Source: a virus (taxonomy: Duplodnaviria > Caudoviricetes). From it: 61,479 bases of DNA. This document shows, in pieces, positions 37,488 to 48,442 of this stretch. The DNA lies in the IMG/VR virus record IMGVR_UViG_3300020175_000007, positions 1 through 61,479 of that record. One strand, written 5' to 3'. The position numbers and the translations under genes are program-made. Position 1 is the first letter of the stretch. Every line of letters begins with the position of its first letter. Under the pieces are notes generated by a model that saw nothing but the letters and a program-made list of their open reading frames with translations, had not been told where the DNA came from and ran no database searches.

Positions 37488-40400
37488 TTAAGTTAAAATT
37501 TTCTTTTCTAGTAAATCATCAAATATCTTATCTGGACTTCCATTTAATTCTGGTATTAAAAACTCAGGTCTTAAAATTCCAGGAGCTGATGATTTTTCTA
37601 CTTCTAATACAGATCCTGTTCTTATTACACCATAAGGTTTTTGTTGATCCAATATAACAAGATTTCTTGAATTCTCAAACCTTCTTATTAAGAAAAAGTC
37701 TACATTTGTAGAAGGTGGTACAATACCATCTAACTCTAATCTTAACATTGCTTTTTTCGAACCATTACCTTGGGTTCCTACCATATCAAATGTTTCAACA
37801 ATACTTTTTGGTTGTGGTGTTGGTCCTACAATTCTATATGATAATGATTCATCATTTTCAAATCTAATTTCATCTCCTATTCTAATATCAAAATCTACAG
37901 GAATTGGAGGGAATGTAATAAAATCTGGTTCTTGGTTAAATGGAAAATTAGCATTAGGTCCTTGTTCATAATCTAAATCTCCAGCTGCAAAATTATTATT
38001 GTAAGCATCATTTAATATTGATGATGACATTAACAATACACTACCACTACCAAATGGTTCTGCTGTTGGTGGAATATAAGGTACTCCATTTTGTTGTGTT
38101 CTACCTGATCCTGATAAGAAGAAATAAGTTGAAGGTGCTCTATTAAATCCTTGGGCTGCTGCTGTTTTTAAACCTCTTACTTCTAATCTTTGTTGTACTA
38201 AATCTGAAGTTATTCCTTGGCCTGGGATATTAGGCATAAATCCTCTTTGCCATCTACCATTACTTGTCCAATAATCTTGACTTGTTTGATTAAAATTATT
38301 AATATACCCACCCATTTGCCATCTATAAAAGTAACCTGATTCTAATGTTTCATTACTTCTTACACTTATTGTCCATTGGTATCTTCTATCACCACCAACT
38401 CCATCATTACCACCACCCGTTGTACTATCTGGATCTCCTACCCAATCATCCTCATCACCACCAGCATTTAAAATAGAATCTCTTAAATAATCTCCTATAA
38501 ATTCTAGATTAAATATATTTGCTCTTACTCCATTAGGAGATGGTTGTGACCATGATTTAGCATTAGGAGTGTTGAGGGCACTAACATTTAAATATTGAGC
38601 GTTATCTAAACTTGCAGCTATATTTTTCTGTATTTTTAGTTCTACATTTTCAATTATTATTTTTAACCTTGTTGCAAATGAATTAACTCCAAAATCTTCA
38701 GCATTATCTCCTCTCATTAAACACATTTGAAAATGTCCTAATGTATTTCCATTTCCAATACGACTACCAAAACTTGCTCCAGATGATCTAAAAGGTAATC
38801 CTGTTGTGTAAAATGTAAAAGTTGTATAAATAGTGTATTCATCACTTAAGGCTTGTCCTTGAGCTAAAGTTGATGGGTTATTTGGGTAACCTGGTGTATT
38901 TGCATCAAATAAACTTTGACCCCCTAATGCTGGGTTTTTACCTAAGAAAAACATCGATCCTGTAACTGATGTTGGACTATAACTAGATGTTGCTATTTGT
39001 CCTATACTAGTTATATTTGTTGGGGATATAAATACTGGAACTCCTCCAGTTGAATAATCTCCACCTTCACTAATAGGAACACCACCATATGATTGGTTTG
39101 ATGTTTTAGCAGGTAAATAAGCAGAACTTGATAAAAATCTAGTTCCTGCAGCTCCTACACCTGAAGCATTACCAATTGGAAATGATACTTCAGAAGATGC
39201 TATAAAGGCATAATCTGAATAATTAGATAAATCACCTGAAGTTAATATTCCTGATCCTGTAAATGGAATTTCATTAACATAACCATTACTACTTGTTTGG
39301 CTATAAATAACTGGTATTGGATTTACACCTGATCTATATACACCCGCATATGATTCTAATCTTGCTAATTCTGGTGCTAATTCTCCCGTTCTATTTTGTG
39401 GTTTTCTTACAGCAGCTGAAACATTAGTTGCTACTGTTTGGATAGTTTCTGTTTCTGAAGGAAGGAATCCATCTCTATCTTTAAAAGTACCAATTAAATT
39501 ATAATAACTTGCTGCTGATAAACCTGGATCAAACAATTGTCCTTCACTATCAATTAAATATTTTATATAATAACTAGTTTTGTTATTTACTACTGGATAT
39601 GGATCTAGAATATCTGTAAAGAATCCTATATAAGCATTTGTATGGTTAATTGTTGGTACTTGACCCAAACCATCATTTGCAATTGTATCACTTGGAGTAT
39701 AATAATTTATTCTTGCTGAATCTAATCTACTTCCTAAATATCTAGGTATTGTATTAGCTTTAGATGAATAAAATGAATCTGGAATGGCTGCTCTAGAAGC
39801 TGAGAATACTACTAATTCATTGAAATTAACAGGTGTCATTATATTTGTTGAATAATCAACAGCCATTACTACTGAATTTAATCTATCATTTTGATAATTA
39901 TTTAATAAAGGTTGACAATCAAATGCTCTAGAAAAATCTGTTAAATCTGAAAATATTGTTGGAACAGGTCCTGGGTCATCTAATGTTGAGCTTGTAATAC
40001 TCATACTATATTCAGTAACTATTAAACTACTTGATATATTATATCCTGTATGGTCTCCATTATCAACTGCTAAAGATAATGATAATCTATCATTAACATC
40101 AATAGCTACTCCTGTACCTGTAGGGTCAGTATAATTTATAGATTTTGATAAGAAAATTTCTGCTCCGGTTGTTCCAAAAGTATCAGAATACCATTCATTA
40201 GTATGAATTAATGAACCTGGTGTTGCTTGTGAAGAACTTTTAAAATATAGTTTTAATGAAGCTGTTGTCCATGTTGGGCCTCCTCCTGTACCTGCTCCTG
40301 CACCATATGTACTTGTACCATATATTCCTGATCCATACACAGTTGCGTCAAATGCTGATCCTGAAAATGAACTTAAAGTTGCTGATGCTGTTAATGAAAG

Positions 40401-43400
40401 ATTATTTGATGGAACTGATTCAAAAGTATATGTACCCGCTTCACTTGCAGATAATGATGATGAATATTGAATATAAATATCTTTTATTTTAGTAGTAAAA
40501 TCAGCAAAAGGCGTAACTCCTGAAACAAATTTTTGTGTTATTGTTGGGGTTATTGAAAAAGTATTTCCTGTAAATATTAAACCAAATTCTATTGCTGCTT
40601 GAACTGAAAAACATCTACCACGTACTGTTGGGTCAGTATCAGCAGGTATTTGTATTGAAACTTGATCTTGATTTGTATTAACATAAGTTAAAGTAATTAA
40701 ACTTGTTTCATTTGCATGGATACAATAATTATAAGATACATAATCTCCATATTCAGTTTTTAAACCAAATGCTGAGTATCCTACTGCTAAACCTGAAGGG
40801 TTAGTTGTTGTGTCAAAAGTACTAGAAGTATATTGATAACTTCCAGGTGAAAGTTGAACTTGAACACATCCAGGATTTACTAATGTACCACGTGGTTGAT
40901 TTAATGACGCAACAGGAGTACCATCAGATTGGGATATTGAAAATGTAGCTCCATCTGCTGGTGGAAAAGTTAATTTATTATATTGTGTAAGCAGCCAAGC
41001 TTGTACTTCTCTTACACTACTATATACTTCAAATGTTCCTGATACAGGTGTTGTAGGATCTAATAAAACTGCAGGACTTCCTGAATAAGCATTTCCAATT
41101 ATATTTAATTGTGAACCATCTGTAGATGAAGGATTTCCTAATCCTGTCCAACCTACCTCTTGTCTATCTGTTGGAAGATATTCTGCATAAGGTATAGAAG
41201 GTGTTCCAGATCCTGTTTCTGTTAAAATATACATTTTAAATGGTCTATGCATATATCTATTATACCTAAATAAATTACTTGGGTTTAATGGTGTACCATC
41301 ACCTGTTCCTACTGGAGCATCTCCTCTATAAACATATAAAGCATTATCATTAGCAACTGGTATATTTAAACCTAAAGTAACAAATGGAAATTGAGCAGAA
41401 TACCCTGGGTTATTTACATTATAAATTCCATAACCCCCATTACCTTCTTCTACTAATTCAGCTACTCGAAAATCGTTTGCTACAGGAGAAATTGCTGCAT
41501 TTTTAACAGAATCTAATTTATCTGAACCTGATACATAAATAGCATTTTCAGAATTTACATAATAATATCTAACCATTGATTCAGAAGTTGGTGCATTTGC
41601 ACCTGAAACGAATGACATTATTAATTCTACATTTCCTGGTAAGGATCCTGTGTCAGCATTTAATGTAGATAATTCTCTAAATGCTGATGCTGATATTGTT
41701 TGATATGATGCAGATGAATTCATAAACCATGGTACTACAGATTGAGTATATGGTATAAATTGTCCTCGACTAGATCTGATAACTTGATCGTCATAATCTT
41801 GTTCACGAGCACCAGTGTTAAATTGTTGTAGATTATCACTTAGTAAACCATTACCATTATTAAATACTCCTGTTTGTTCAAAATATCCAGCGTCATACCA
41901 TCCTCTAAAAAATTGTTCTGTTGGGAAATTGGAAGCAGTACCTGGAAAGAATCCTTGAGGTACTGATGCTGTTTCATTATTTGCTAATAATATATCACCT
42001 GATACTAATCCTGGTTCATTTTCTGTTCCTTGTGCTGCTTCCCAAACATAATCAGCACTTGCTGAGAATTGTGGGTTTGCAAATAATGAATCATAAGAAG
42101 TAACTGCTGTAGAAGATGGTAATTGGAATATATCCATTAATGCAAAACCTAATAAATTATTTATTGATGCATCTTCTATGTAAAAAGTTTGAGGACCATT
42201 TGGTAATAAATTTCCTGCTGCATCACTAGCTCCACTTAATACAAAAGTTACAAATTCACATTGTGATAAGAATTCATTTAAAGTATTTCCATTAGCGGAT
42301 GTTAAATTAATCTTAATATATTTAACTTTATTTCCATCATTCCATAACCATGCTCTACCTAATCCAGGAACGGTATTATTACTTAAAAATGTACCTTCAT
42401 CCATTTGATTACCTATTAATCCTGTTGAATCAAAATATTGAACAAAATATAAGAAATCTTCTGGCATTTCAATACCAAAATAAGCACTACAAATTTCATT
42501 TAATTCTACTGGTATACTAGATCCACTAAATTCACCATTATAAAATTCACGTTGATCATCTCTTGGATAATTAATAGATCCAGTTTTTGTTGGGTATGTA
42601 TCGAACCAACTTTGTGTCATACCAAACTCATTATTTGGTCCTAGGCCTTGTGAACCTGATAGGTAAAGTGTATCACTATTAAATATTTCAAATGAACCAC
42701 CTGTTCCTCCTTTATAAGTATAAATTGCTGAGCCACTCGGAGTACTATATTGAGGATAACCTAAAGAACCTGTACTATAATTTCTTGCTTGTGGTTTTAT
42801 AGAACCTGAATGGTCTTCAAATGAAGATGACATTTGAGGTTGTCTATATTTATTTCTTTCTAAGATATGTTGTTTTATTACTACTCCTGATGTTAAAGTA
42901 GTATGAGCAGGAACAATATCTTTAATCATTTTAAATAATGAATTATCAAAAAATTTAATTAATCTGATAAAATCATTTACATCATAACTTGTAATATATT
43001 TTTCAAAATAAGCTTCACTTAATGAAACTAAATCTGGGTATTTATTGTTATAAAGTGATTGTGATATTTGTCTTGGATCTCCTATATAATTTCCAATATT
43101 AAAATTACCTAATTGTCCTGTTATATCATCATCAATTTGGTTTTGTGGTGAAAATGCTACTTCTAAATAATCTGGGTTAGCTGTATAACTTTGAGTTGCA
43201 AATGAAGATTGAGCAATTGATTCTGCTGCGGATAATACATTACCTTCTGGTATTATATCAGTACTTAATCTTATTTTTTCAGTACTTCTACTTCTTATAC
43301 CTGAAGCTATTTGGTCAAAATATATTTCTTCTTTATTAACAACCCATTCTGGTAGGTTAGTTCCAAATGATCCTGTACTACCAAGATTAGAAAAACTTGA

Positions 43401-46001
43401 CGTTATAGACCATGAACCTGATACTTTAGGGTGAACAGATGCTACATTTTCTACAGATGCTGTTTGTAATAAAGTACCAAAACCTACTCTAAAGGCTAAG
43501 TGGTCAGGTGTAGTATCAAATTGATTACCTAAATATGAATATGGGTTAAGTGTAAAATCTCTAAAAGCACTTTGACTTAAATTTGTATTGTAATATCTTA
43601 ATTCTTGAAGTGCTCCTGAAAAAGGAGTTATTGTTTTATTTGCTAAATTAACATTATTAGTTGGTAAAAAGTAAATATTATTACTAGCATACCAATTAGC
43701 AGTATCGCCACTTATTGATACTGATCCTGAAAATCCAACATCATCAAGTAAAGAATTAGCTGCTGATAATTCATATACACCCCCTGAGTCTATTTGGTTT
43801 AATTGAACTGACCACCAACCCCCATCAAAGAAGGGCATTGTAATTGTTGCTTTATTAGAGGCGTTAACTATGCCATTAGGGAAAAAACTTAATTCTCCAT
43901 AACTTTGTGATACACTAGCTACAGCACCTGAATATGATCCACTATTAACTAAAGTTTGGTCATATTCTAAAATCATACCTAAGGTATAATCAGGGGCAGC
44001 ATAATTACCATCTGCTACAAATAATGATTGTGTATAAGCTCCAGATCCTGTTGGTATACCATCTGTTTTAAATCTAAATTGTATTGAATTAGGCTTATCT
44101 TGATTAGAATTCCAATTAGTATTAAGATCAAATGATGATGAAAAAGTTGCTGTGTTTCCTTTTAAAGCATAATTAAATTGGTTTTGAGAATAATCCCAAT
44201 CTTCTTCATTTATTCTATCTTGACCACCAAATTCAGTTACTCTTAAAATAGTATCTGGGATACCATATGATGTTATTAAAGCTTTTATACCAGCTACTGT
44301 ACCTTTAGTTTTTAATATATAAGGTATATTATGGTAAATACGTTTATATACCCCCTTGTTTACATTGTCTAAGGGTACTATGTCATTCGATGCTGATATG
44401 CGTGTATCCACGTATTCAGACCCAGTAGGTACGCCTAAAACACTATCAATTGACCCCGTAATATTAGCAATTGGAAAATTACTACCTGATGGTGTTAATC
44501 CTAAAAAGGCTAAGTATAAATCATCAGTATTAAAGTTATTTGCATATAATTTTAAACCAAAATCTCTAACAGCATCAGCTACCATATCTTTAGATATACC
44601 ATAATCTAATCTGTTATCACCATCAAATCTAGTAGTTATATTTTTTGTATATTCCCAAACATTATCATAATGTTGACCAACCATGTCTATGAATAGTTCA
44701 TATCCTTCATTTAAAGCATCTTCTTTTAAATAATCAGGAATAGTATTATATAAATAATCTTGATTATTTTGATCAAATTTCCATGCTGTAAGTGATTGAC
44801 CACCATAATATGATGAAGTGTCATTTGAACTTCCTAACCAATTTAAAACTTCAGTACTTCCAGTTCCAAATAAAGTATATGGTGGTGCGGTATTGTTTTT
44901 AGGGTATGAGTAAGTAGAACCACTATTAAAATATAAAAATGATTCATACCCATCAAAATTTTGTATAATATCATCTATAGTATTATTTAAAGCAGCATTA
45001 CTACCACTGTAAAAAGGACTATTTAAAGTATCTCCTGTTACACCATCATTTATTTGGTTTGAAGCAGATTGAATTAATCCTACTTTATAATAAAAATTGT
45101 TTAATCTTGTTTCTGCTGATGAAAAATGTACAAAATTATTATAATCTTCAAAATCAATACTTATATTAATTTCTTTTTTCTTTAGTAAATTTTGAACTTG
45201 GTTAAATGAACTAGTTAAATTACTACTTATTAAATTTGAATATGAAAAATTTTGTGTATTACCTCCTGTTTCACCTTTTACTTGTAAACTATAATTTGGA
45301 CCTGATATATATTCAAAATCATCAGGGGTAAATTCTTGTACGGGGAATATGACTTCATATGCTTGTGGTGCTGAAAGTGATTCTACTATCCAACATTGTG
45401 ATTTTGTATCTAAAACAGCAGGTAAAGCTTCATATAATTTAACTAATACAGTAGGTTCTGTTGGGTCCCCATTGTCTACTTTAATATTATTAGCTATAAC
45501 AATATCTTCACCACCAAAATTTAAGTAAAAATCAACAAAGTAAGTTGAAGCATTTCTATATTGTTCAAATTCATTTACTGAACTTACTAAAGGAGAAGAT
45601 AATATATCATTACTTGCTAATCTTATTTCAGTTCTATCTGAATTTATTTCTTTTATATAATATCTATTATTTTGGTTTGATCTACATCTATTTCTATAAA
45701 ATTCATAATTTACATAATAAGTACCTTCAAAAAATCCTAAATTATTTAATTCCTTTTCAGGCATTAAATTAACATTTCCTTCAGTAACGGAATATGTGGT
45801 TGATATGGCAGATGTTGATGTATCAGCAGGGAATATCATTACTTGGTTAGCATCATATACACTGTATTCAATATAATCTGTTGATGATGAGAAGTTTGTA
45901 TCTAATTCAAATGATGCTATTAAAGAACTATCATTTGTACTATACTCCTGCATTTGAAATGTGCCTGGATTTACCTGTCTTATTTTAGTTTCTTCTGCCA
46001 T
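37488..46001 (-). CDS. Very large baseplate wedge/tail protein
   Basis: 2837 aa. YKRIYHNIPYILKTKGTVAGIKALITSYG is a P2 gpI/T4 gp7-like wedge motif; LamG-like region near aa 640-810. Confidence 0.7.
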   Translation of the reverse strand: MAEETKIRQVNPGTFQMQEYSTNDSSLIASFELDTNFSSSTDYIEYSVYDANQVMIFPADTSTSAISTTYSVTEGNVNLMPEKELNNLGFFEGTYYVNYEFYRNRCRSNQNNRYYIKEINSDRTEIRLASNDILSSPLVSSVNEFEQYRNASTYFVDFYLNFGGEDIVIANNIKVDNGDPTEPTVLVKLYEALPAVLDTKSQCWIVESLSAPQAYEVIFPVQEFTPDDFEYISGPNYSLQVKGETGGNTQNFSYSNLISSNLTSSFNQVQNLLKKKEINISIDFEDYNNFVHFSSAETRLNNFYYKVGLIQSASNQINDGVTGDTLNSPFYSGSNAALNNTIDDIIQNFDGYESFLYFNSGSTYSYPKNNTAPPYTLFGTGSTEVLNWLGSSNDTSSYYGGQSLTAWKFDQNNQDYLYNTIPDYLKEDALNEGYELFIDMVGQHYDNVWEYTKNITTRFDGDNRLDYGISKDMVADAVRDFGLKLYANNFNTDDLYLAFLGLTPSGSNFPIANITGSIDSVLGVPTGSEYVDTRISASNDIVPLDNVNKGVYKRIYHNIPYILKTKGTVAGIKALITSYGIPDTILRVTEFGGQDRINEEDWDYSQNQFNYALKGNTATFSSSFDLNTNWNSNQDKPNSIQFRFKTDGIPTGSGAYTQSLFVADGNYAAPDYTLGMILEYDQTLVNSGSYSGAVASVSQSYGELSFFPNGIVNASNKATITMPFFDGGWWSVQLNQIDSGGVYELSAANSLLDDVGFSGSVSISGDTANWYASNNIYFLPTNNVNLANKTITPFSGALQELRYYNTNLSQSAFRDFTLNPYSYLGNQFDTTPDHLAFRVGFGTLLQTASVENVASVHPKVSGSWSITSSFSNLGSTGSFGTNLPEWVVNKEEIYFDQIASGIRSRSTEKIRLSTDIIPEGNVLSAAESIAQSSFATQSYTANPDYLEVAFSPQNQIDDDITGQLGNFNIGNYIGDPRQISQSLYNNKYPDLVSLSEAYFEKYITSYDVNDFIRLIKFFDNSLFKMIKDIVPAHTTLTSGVVIKQHILERNKYRQPQMSSSFEDHSGSIKPQARNYSTGSLGYPQYSTPSGSAIYTYKGGTGGSFEIFNSDTLYLSGSQGLGPNNEFGMTQSWFDTYPTKTGSINYPRDDQREFYNGEFSGSSIPVELNEICSAYFGIEMPEDFLYFVQYFDSTGLIGNQMDEGTFLSNNTVPGLGRAWLWNDGNKVKYIKINLTSANGNTLNEFLSQCEFVTFVLSGASDAAGNLLPNGPQTFYIEDASINNLLGFALMDIFQLPSSTAVTSYDSLFANPQFSASADYVWEAAQGTENEPGLVSGDILLANNETASVPQGFFPGTASNFPTEQFFRGWYDAGYFEQTGVFNNGNGLLSDNLQQFNTGAREQDYDDQVIRSSRGQFIPYTQSVVPWFMNSSASYQTISASAFRELSTLNADTGSLPGNVELIMSFVSGANAPTSESMVRYYYVNSENAIYVSGSDKLDSVKNAAISPVANDFRVAELVEEGNGGYGIYNVNNPGYSAQFPFVTLGLNIPVANDNALYVYRGDAPVGTGDGTPLNPSNLFRYNRYMHRPFKMYILTETGSGTPSIPYAEYLPTDRQEVGWTGLGNPSSTDGSQLNIIGNAYSGSPAVLLDPTTPVSGTFEVYSSVREVQAWLLTQYNKLTFPPADGATFSISQSDGTPVASLNQPRGTLVNPGCVQVQLSPGSYQYTSSTFDTTTNPSGLAVGYSAFGLKTEYGDYVSYNYCIHANETSLITLTYVNTNQDQVSIQIPADTDPTVRGRCFSVQAAIEFGLIFTGNTFSITPTITQKFVSGVTPFADFTTKIKDIYIQYSSSLSASEAGTYTFESVPSNNLSLTASATLSSFSGSAFDATVYGSGIYGTSTYGAGAGTGGGPTWTTASLKLYFKSSSQATPGSLIHTNEWYSDTFGTTGAEIFLSKSINYTDPTGTGVAIDVNDRLSLSLAVDNGDHTGYNISSSLIVTEYSMSITSSTLDDPGPVPTIFSDLTDFSRAFDCQPLLNNYQNDRLNSVVMAVDYSTNIMTPVNFNELVVFSASRAAIPDSFYSSKANTIPRYLGSRLDSARINYYTPSDTIANDGLGQVPTINHTNAYIGFFTDILDPYPVVNNKTSYYIKYLIDSEGQLFDPGLSAASYYNLIGTFKDRDGFLPSETETIQTVATNVSAAVRKPQNRTGELAPELARLESYAGVYRSGVNPIPVIYSQTSSNGYVNEIPFTGSGILTSGDLSNYSDYAFIASSEVSFPIGNASGVGAAGTRFLSSSAYLPAKTSNQSYGGVPISEGGDYSTGGVPVFISPTNITSIGQIATSSYSPTSVTGSMFFLGKNPALGGQSLFDANTPGYPNNPSTLAQGQALSDEYTIYTTFTFYTTGLPFRSSGASFGSRIGNGNTLGHFQMCLMRGDNAEDFGVNSFATRLKIIIENVELKIQKNIAASLDNAQYLNVSALNTPNAKSWSQPSPNGVRANIFNLEFIGDYLRDSILNAGGDEDDWVGDPDSTTGGGNDGVGGDRRYQWTISVRSNETLESGYFYRWQMGGYINNFNQTSQDYWTSNGRWQRGFMPNIPGQGITSDLVQQRLEVRGLKTAAAQGFNRAPSTYFFLSGSGRTQQNGVPYIPPTAEPFGSGSVLLMSSSILNDAYNNNFAAGDLDYEQGPNANFPFNQEPDFITFPPIPVDFDIRIGDEIRFENDESLSYRIVGPTPQPKSIVETFDMVGTQGNGSKKAMLRLELDGIVPPSTNVDFFLIRRFENSRNLVILDQQKPYGVIRTGSVLEVEKSSAPGILRPEFLIPELNGSPDKIFDDLLEKKILT

Positions 46002-46819
46002 TAATTTGTTTTTGTTAACTTTTTAAATATAACATCTGTTTTAGAATAATCTACCATTAAATACCCATCTGGGTGTTTTATAGCAGCATTAGGTACTTCT
46101 TGTGCCATTACACCTTCAAATAAACCATGTCCATATTTTTCAGGTTGTTTAAAATTAAAGGTGTAGATATTAATGCCAGATTTTGATACTCCTGTTTTTC
46201 TAATATTTATTTTTAATCTTCTATCTGATGCAAAAGAAGAACCAACCCCACCACTTTGTTGAGTTGATGTTGATGTTGAACCCCCAACAGTAGCTCCTCC
46301 ACCACCAACACCAATACCTCCACCACTTAATGGGTTAGGTCTTGTATTTACATTATTTGGATTTAAAGGTTGAGCAGTACTAGTTCCAGTTCCTGCATTT
46401 TGTGCTTGTGGGACAATAGAATAAGTATCACTTCCTTGTGCTATAGCATCTTTTTCTTCTTGGCTTAAATTTAATTTTTCACCTGTTATAGCTTCAATAT
46501 TTATTTGTTGTTGTTCTAATAATTGTTCTCTTAATGTAGTAATTTCTTGTTGTAAAGCTTCTATTTCTTCTTCATTAGCATCAAAATCTATATATTCACC
46601 ACTAGTTCTAGCTAAATATTCATGTGAATTTATATCTCCTTCTGCTGGGATAGCATAGAATAGATCATTATACATTTCAAAAAATTTAGTTACATTATCT
46701 TCAGTTAATATATCTTGTGATATAGAAGTAACTCCTAAATCAGTAAAAGTAGTATTAATAACAGAGGGATACTCTATTTTACTAAATACATTTTTTCTTA
46801 AATCTAATTTTTGTGCCAT
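46001..46819 (-). CDS. Structural protein with coiled coil, Gly/Ser/Thr linker and C-terminal S74-like domain
   Basis: SFASDRRLKINI..GINIYTF..EGVMAQEV..DGYLMVDYS. Confidence 0.75.
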   Translation of the reverse strand: MAQKLDLRKNVFSKIEYPSVINTTFTDLGVTSISQDILTEDNVTKFFEMYNDLFYAIPAEGDINSHEYLARTSGEYIDFDANEEEIEALQQEITTLREQLLEQQQINIEAITGEKLNLSQEEKDAIAQGSDTYSIVPQAQNAGTGTSTAQPLNPNNVNTRPNPLSGGGIGVGGGGATVGGSTSTSTQQSGGVGSSFASDRRLKINIRKTGVSKSGINIYTFNFKQPEKYGHGLFEGVMAQEVPNAAIKHPDGYLMVDYSKTDVIFKKLTKTN

Positions 46820-48021
46820 TATCCGTTAATTACTTTAAAGTAATAATCATCATTTTTTACTATTGTACTTCCACTAATTGTTGTTTGTATCAATATCTGA
46901 TAGTATCTTTCGGGTTCCAAACCATTCATATAAACATCAAAATAATTACTATTAGCATCACAACTTATTTTAGTAAATTCCTTATCGAAATCTACAACAA
47001 ATTCATTGGTATCCAAATCTTTTATAGCATAAAGTGAACTACTATTTAAATAATGATTAATTGTGTCTATAGAACGAGTTAAATATACTCTTGCAGGGAA
47101 TTCAGGTCTTACATTTAACCTAAATCTATTTATACTTTCACTATAAAATACTCCAGGATTTGAATCTAAAGATATAAATACATCTGTTGTAGCTATTTCT
47201 GGTAGACTACCAGTTTCAAATTTTTGATCATCCCATTTTATTTCTAAACATGGAGGATATATTGTATTAGTATCTACTGAATATGATTTATAATCAGGTT
47301 GTACTGATAGATCATTATTAAATTCAATATCAGGATTATTTGATCCATCTGGGTCAGGACTATCAAGACTTGACCATTTTAATATAAATCCTTCATTTGT
47401 TATATCAACCATACCTACTGGGCCTGATACTCCCTTAGAACTAGTATACCACATTTTTACTATATCGGTAACATTTAAGTCTATATCTTTTGAAGTTCTA
47501 ACATTAAAGGTTTGTTCTGCATACATTTCTAATGTTGGATCTCCTGAACTATAAAACCAAGTACCCCCTCCAGGTATTGTAGAATATGAAGCTGTAGAAT
47601 ATGTATTAAATACTCCTTGCTCACCCCAATTACCACCAGCAGAACCTGATGCTAATCTATTATACCAACAACAACCATTTTTGGTTTGTGGATTATTTAA
47701 AAATTGTCCCGTACCATTATTCCATGATTGTGATACTGGGTAACACTGTATAACACTAGGCATAGTTACTCCACTAGCATCTGCTATAAAAACTTTTAAA
47801 CTACTTGAAAAATTCATACTACCTGTAAGTATGTAATTATCAATTACTGTATCTATATCACTTTGATCAAATTGAATTAAAGGTCTTGATACATTTGCTG
47901 ATTCACTAGTAGGTGGGTTTAAGTTACTTATTTCTATTATAGAATCTAATCCTGTATTCAAACCAGGATAAGCTGAATATAATGTTGTATCTTGTAAGGG
48001 GAAAATTTTATATATTGCCAT
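46819..48021 (-). CDS. Virion protein, DNRLRE/CBM96-like beta-sandwich
   Basis: DTTLYS..P..NTG..SRPLIQFD..PVSQSW..G.G..VTDIVKMW..N.GFILK..P.LEIKW pattern. Confidence 0.55.
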   Translation of the reverse strand: MAIYKIFPLQDTTLYSAYPGLNTGLDSIIEISNLNPPTSESANVSRPLIQFDQSDIDTVIDNYILTGSMNFSSSLKVFIADASGVTMPSVIQCYPVSQSWNNGTGQFLNNPQTKNGCCWYNRLASGSAGGNWGEQGVFNTYSTASYSTIPGGGTWFYSSGDPTLEMYAEQTFNVRTSKDIDLNVTDIVKMWYTSSKGVSGPVGMVDITNEGFILKWSSLDSPDPDGSNNPDIEFNNDLSVQPDYKSYSVDTNTIYPPCLEIKWDDQKFETGSLPEIATTDVFISLDSNPGVFYSESINRFRLNVRPEFPARVYLTRSIDTINHYLNSSSLYAIKDLDTNEFVVDFDKEFTKISCDANSNYFDVYMNGLEPERYYQILIQTTISGSTIVKNDDYYFKVING

Positions 48022-48024
48022 GGT

Positions 48025-48438
48025 TTAATTTGAGTTTGTATTAGCGTCTGGTCTAGGGTCTAAAACACTTTCTCCATTCATTACTTGTAAATATGTTCTT
48101 TGAGGAGTATAAGCTTGTATTTGTTTTGTAACTAAAGTTCCATCATCATTTTTTAAAGGAACTCCTCCAGCCGATAAAGGATTGTCAGAATTATCTCCCT
48201 TTACAGCATAAAAACCATCACTACCATCACCGGTTCTATTAGGCCCTCCTAATACTCTTGCATCTTCTAGATCTAAATTTGTTTGTCTAAATGATCTTTT
48301 TACTGGGCTATCAGGATTAGGTATACTTTCATTAGATAAATTTGTATCAAATGTTTGGGCATTTTGTCTTGGATCTTCTGGTCCTAATCCAGTCATTCCT
48401 GCATCGTATATATTTTTTATTCCTCTAGGTCTTGCCAT
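48025..48438 (-). CDS. Hypothetical protein
   Basis: 137-aa ORF within the baseplate operon. Confidence 0.65.
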   Translation of the reverse strand: MARPRGIKNIYDAGMTGLGPEDPRQNAQTFDTNLSNESIPNPDSPVKRSFRQTNLDLEDARVLGGPNRTGDGSDGFYAVKGDNSDNPLSAGGVPLKNDDGTLVTKQIQAYTPQRTYLQVMNGESVLDPRPDANTNSN

Positions 48439-48442
48439 AATA

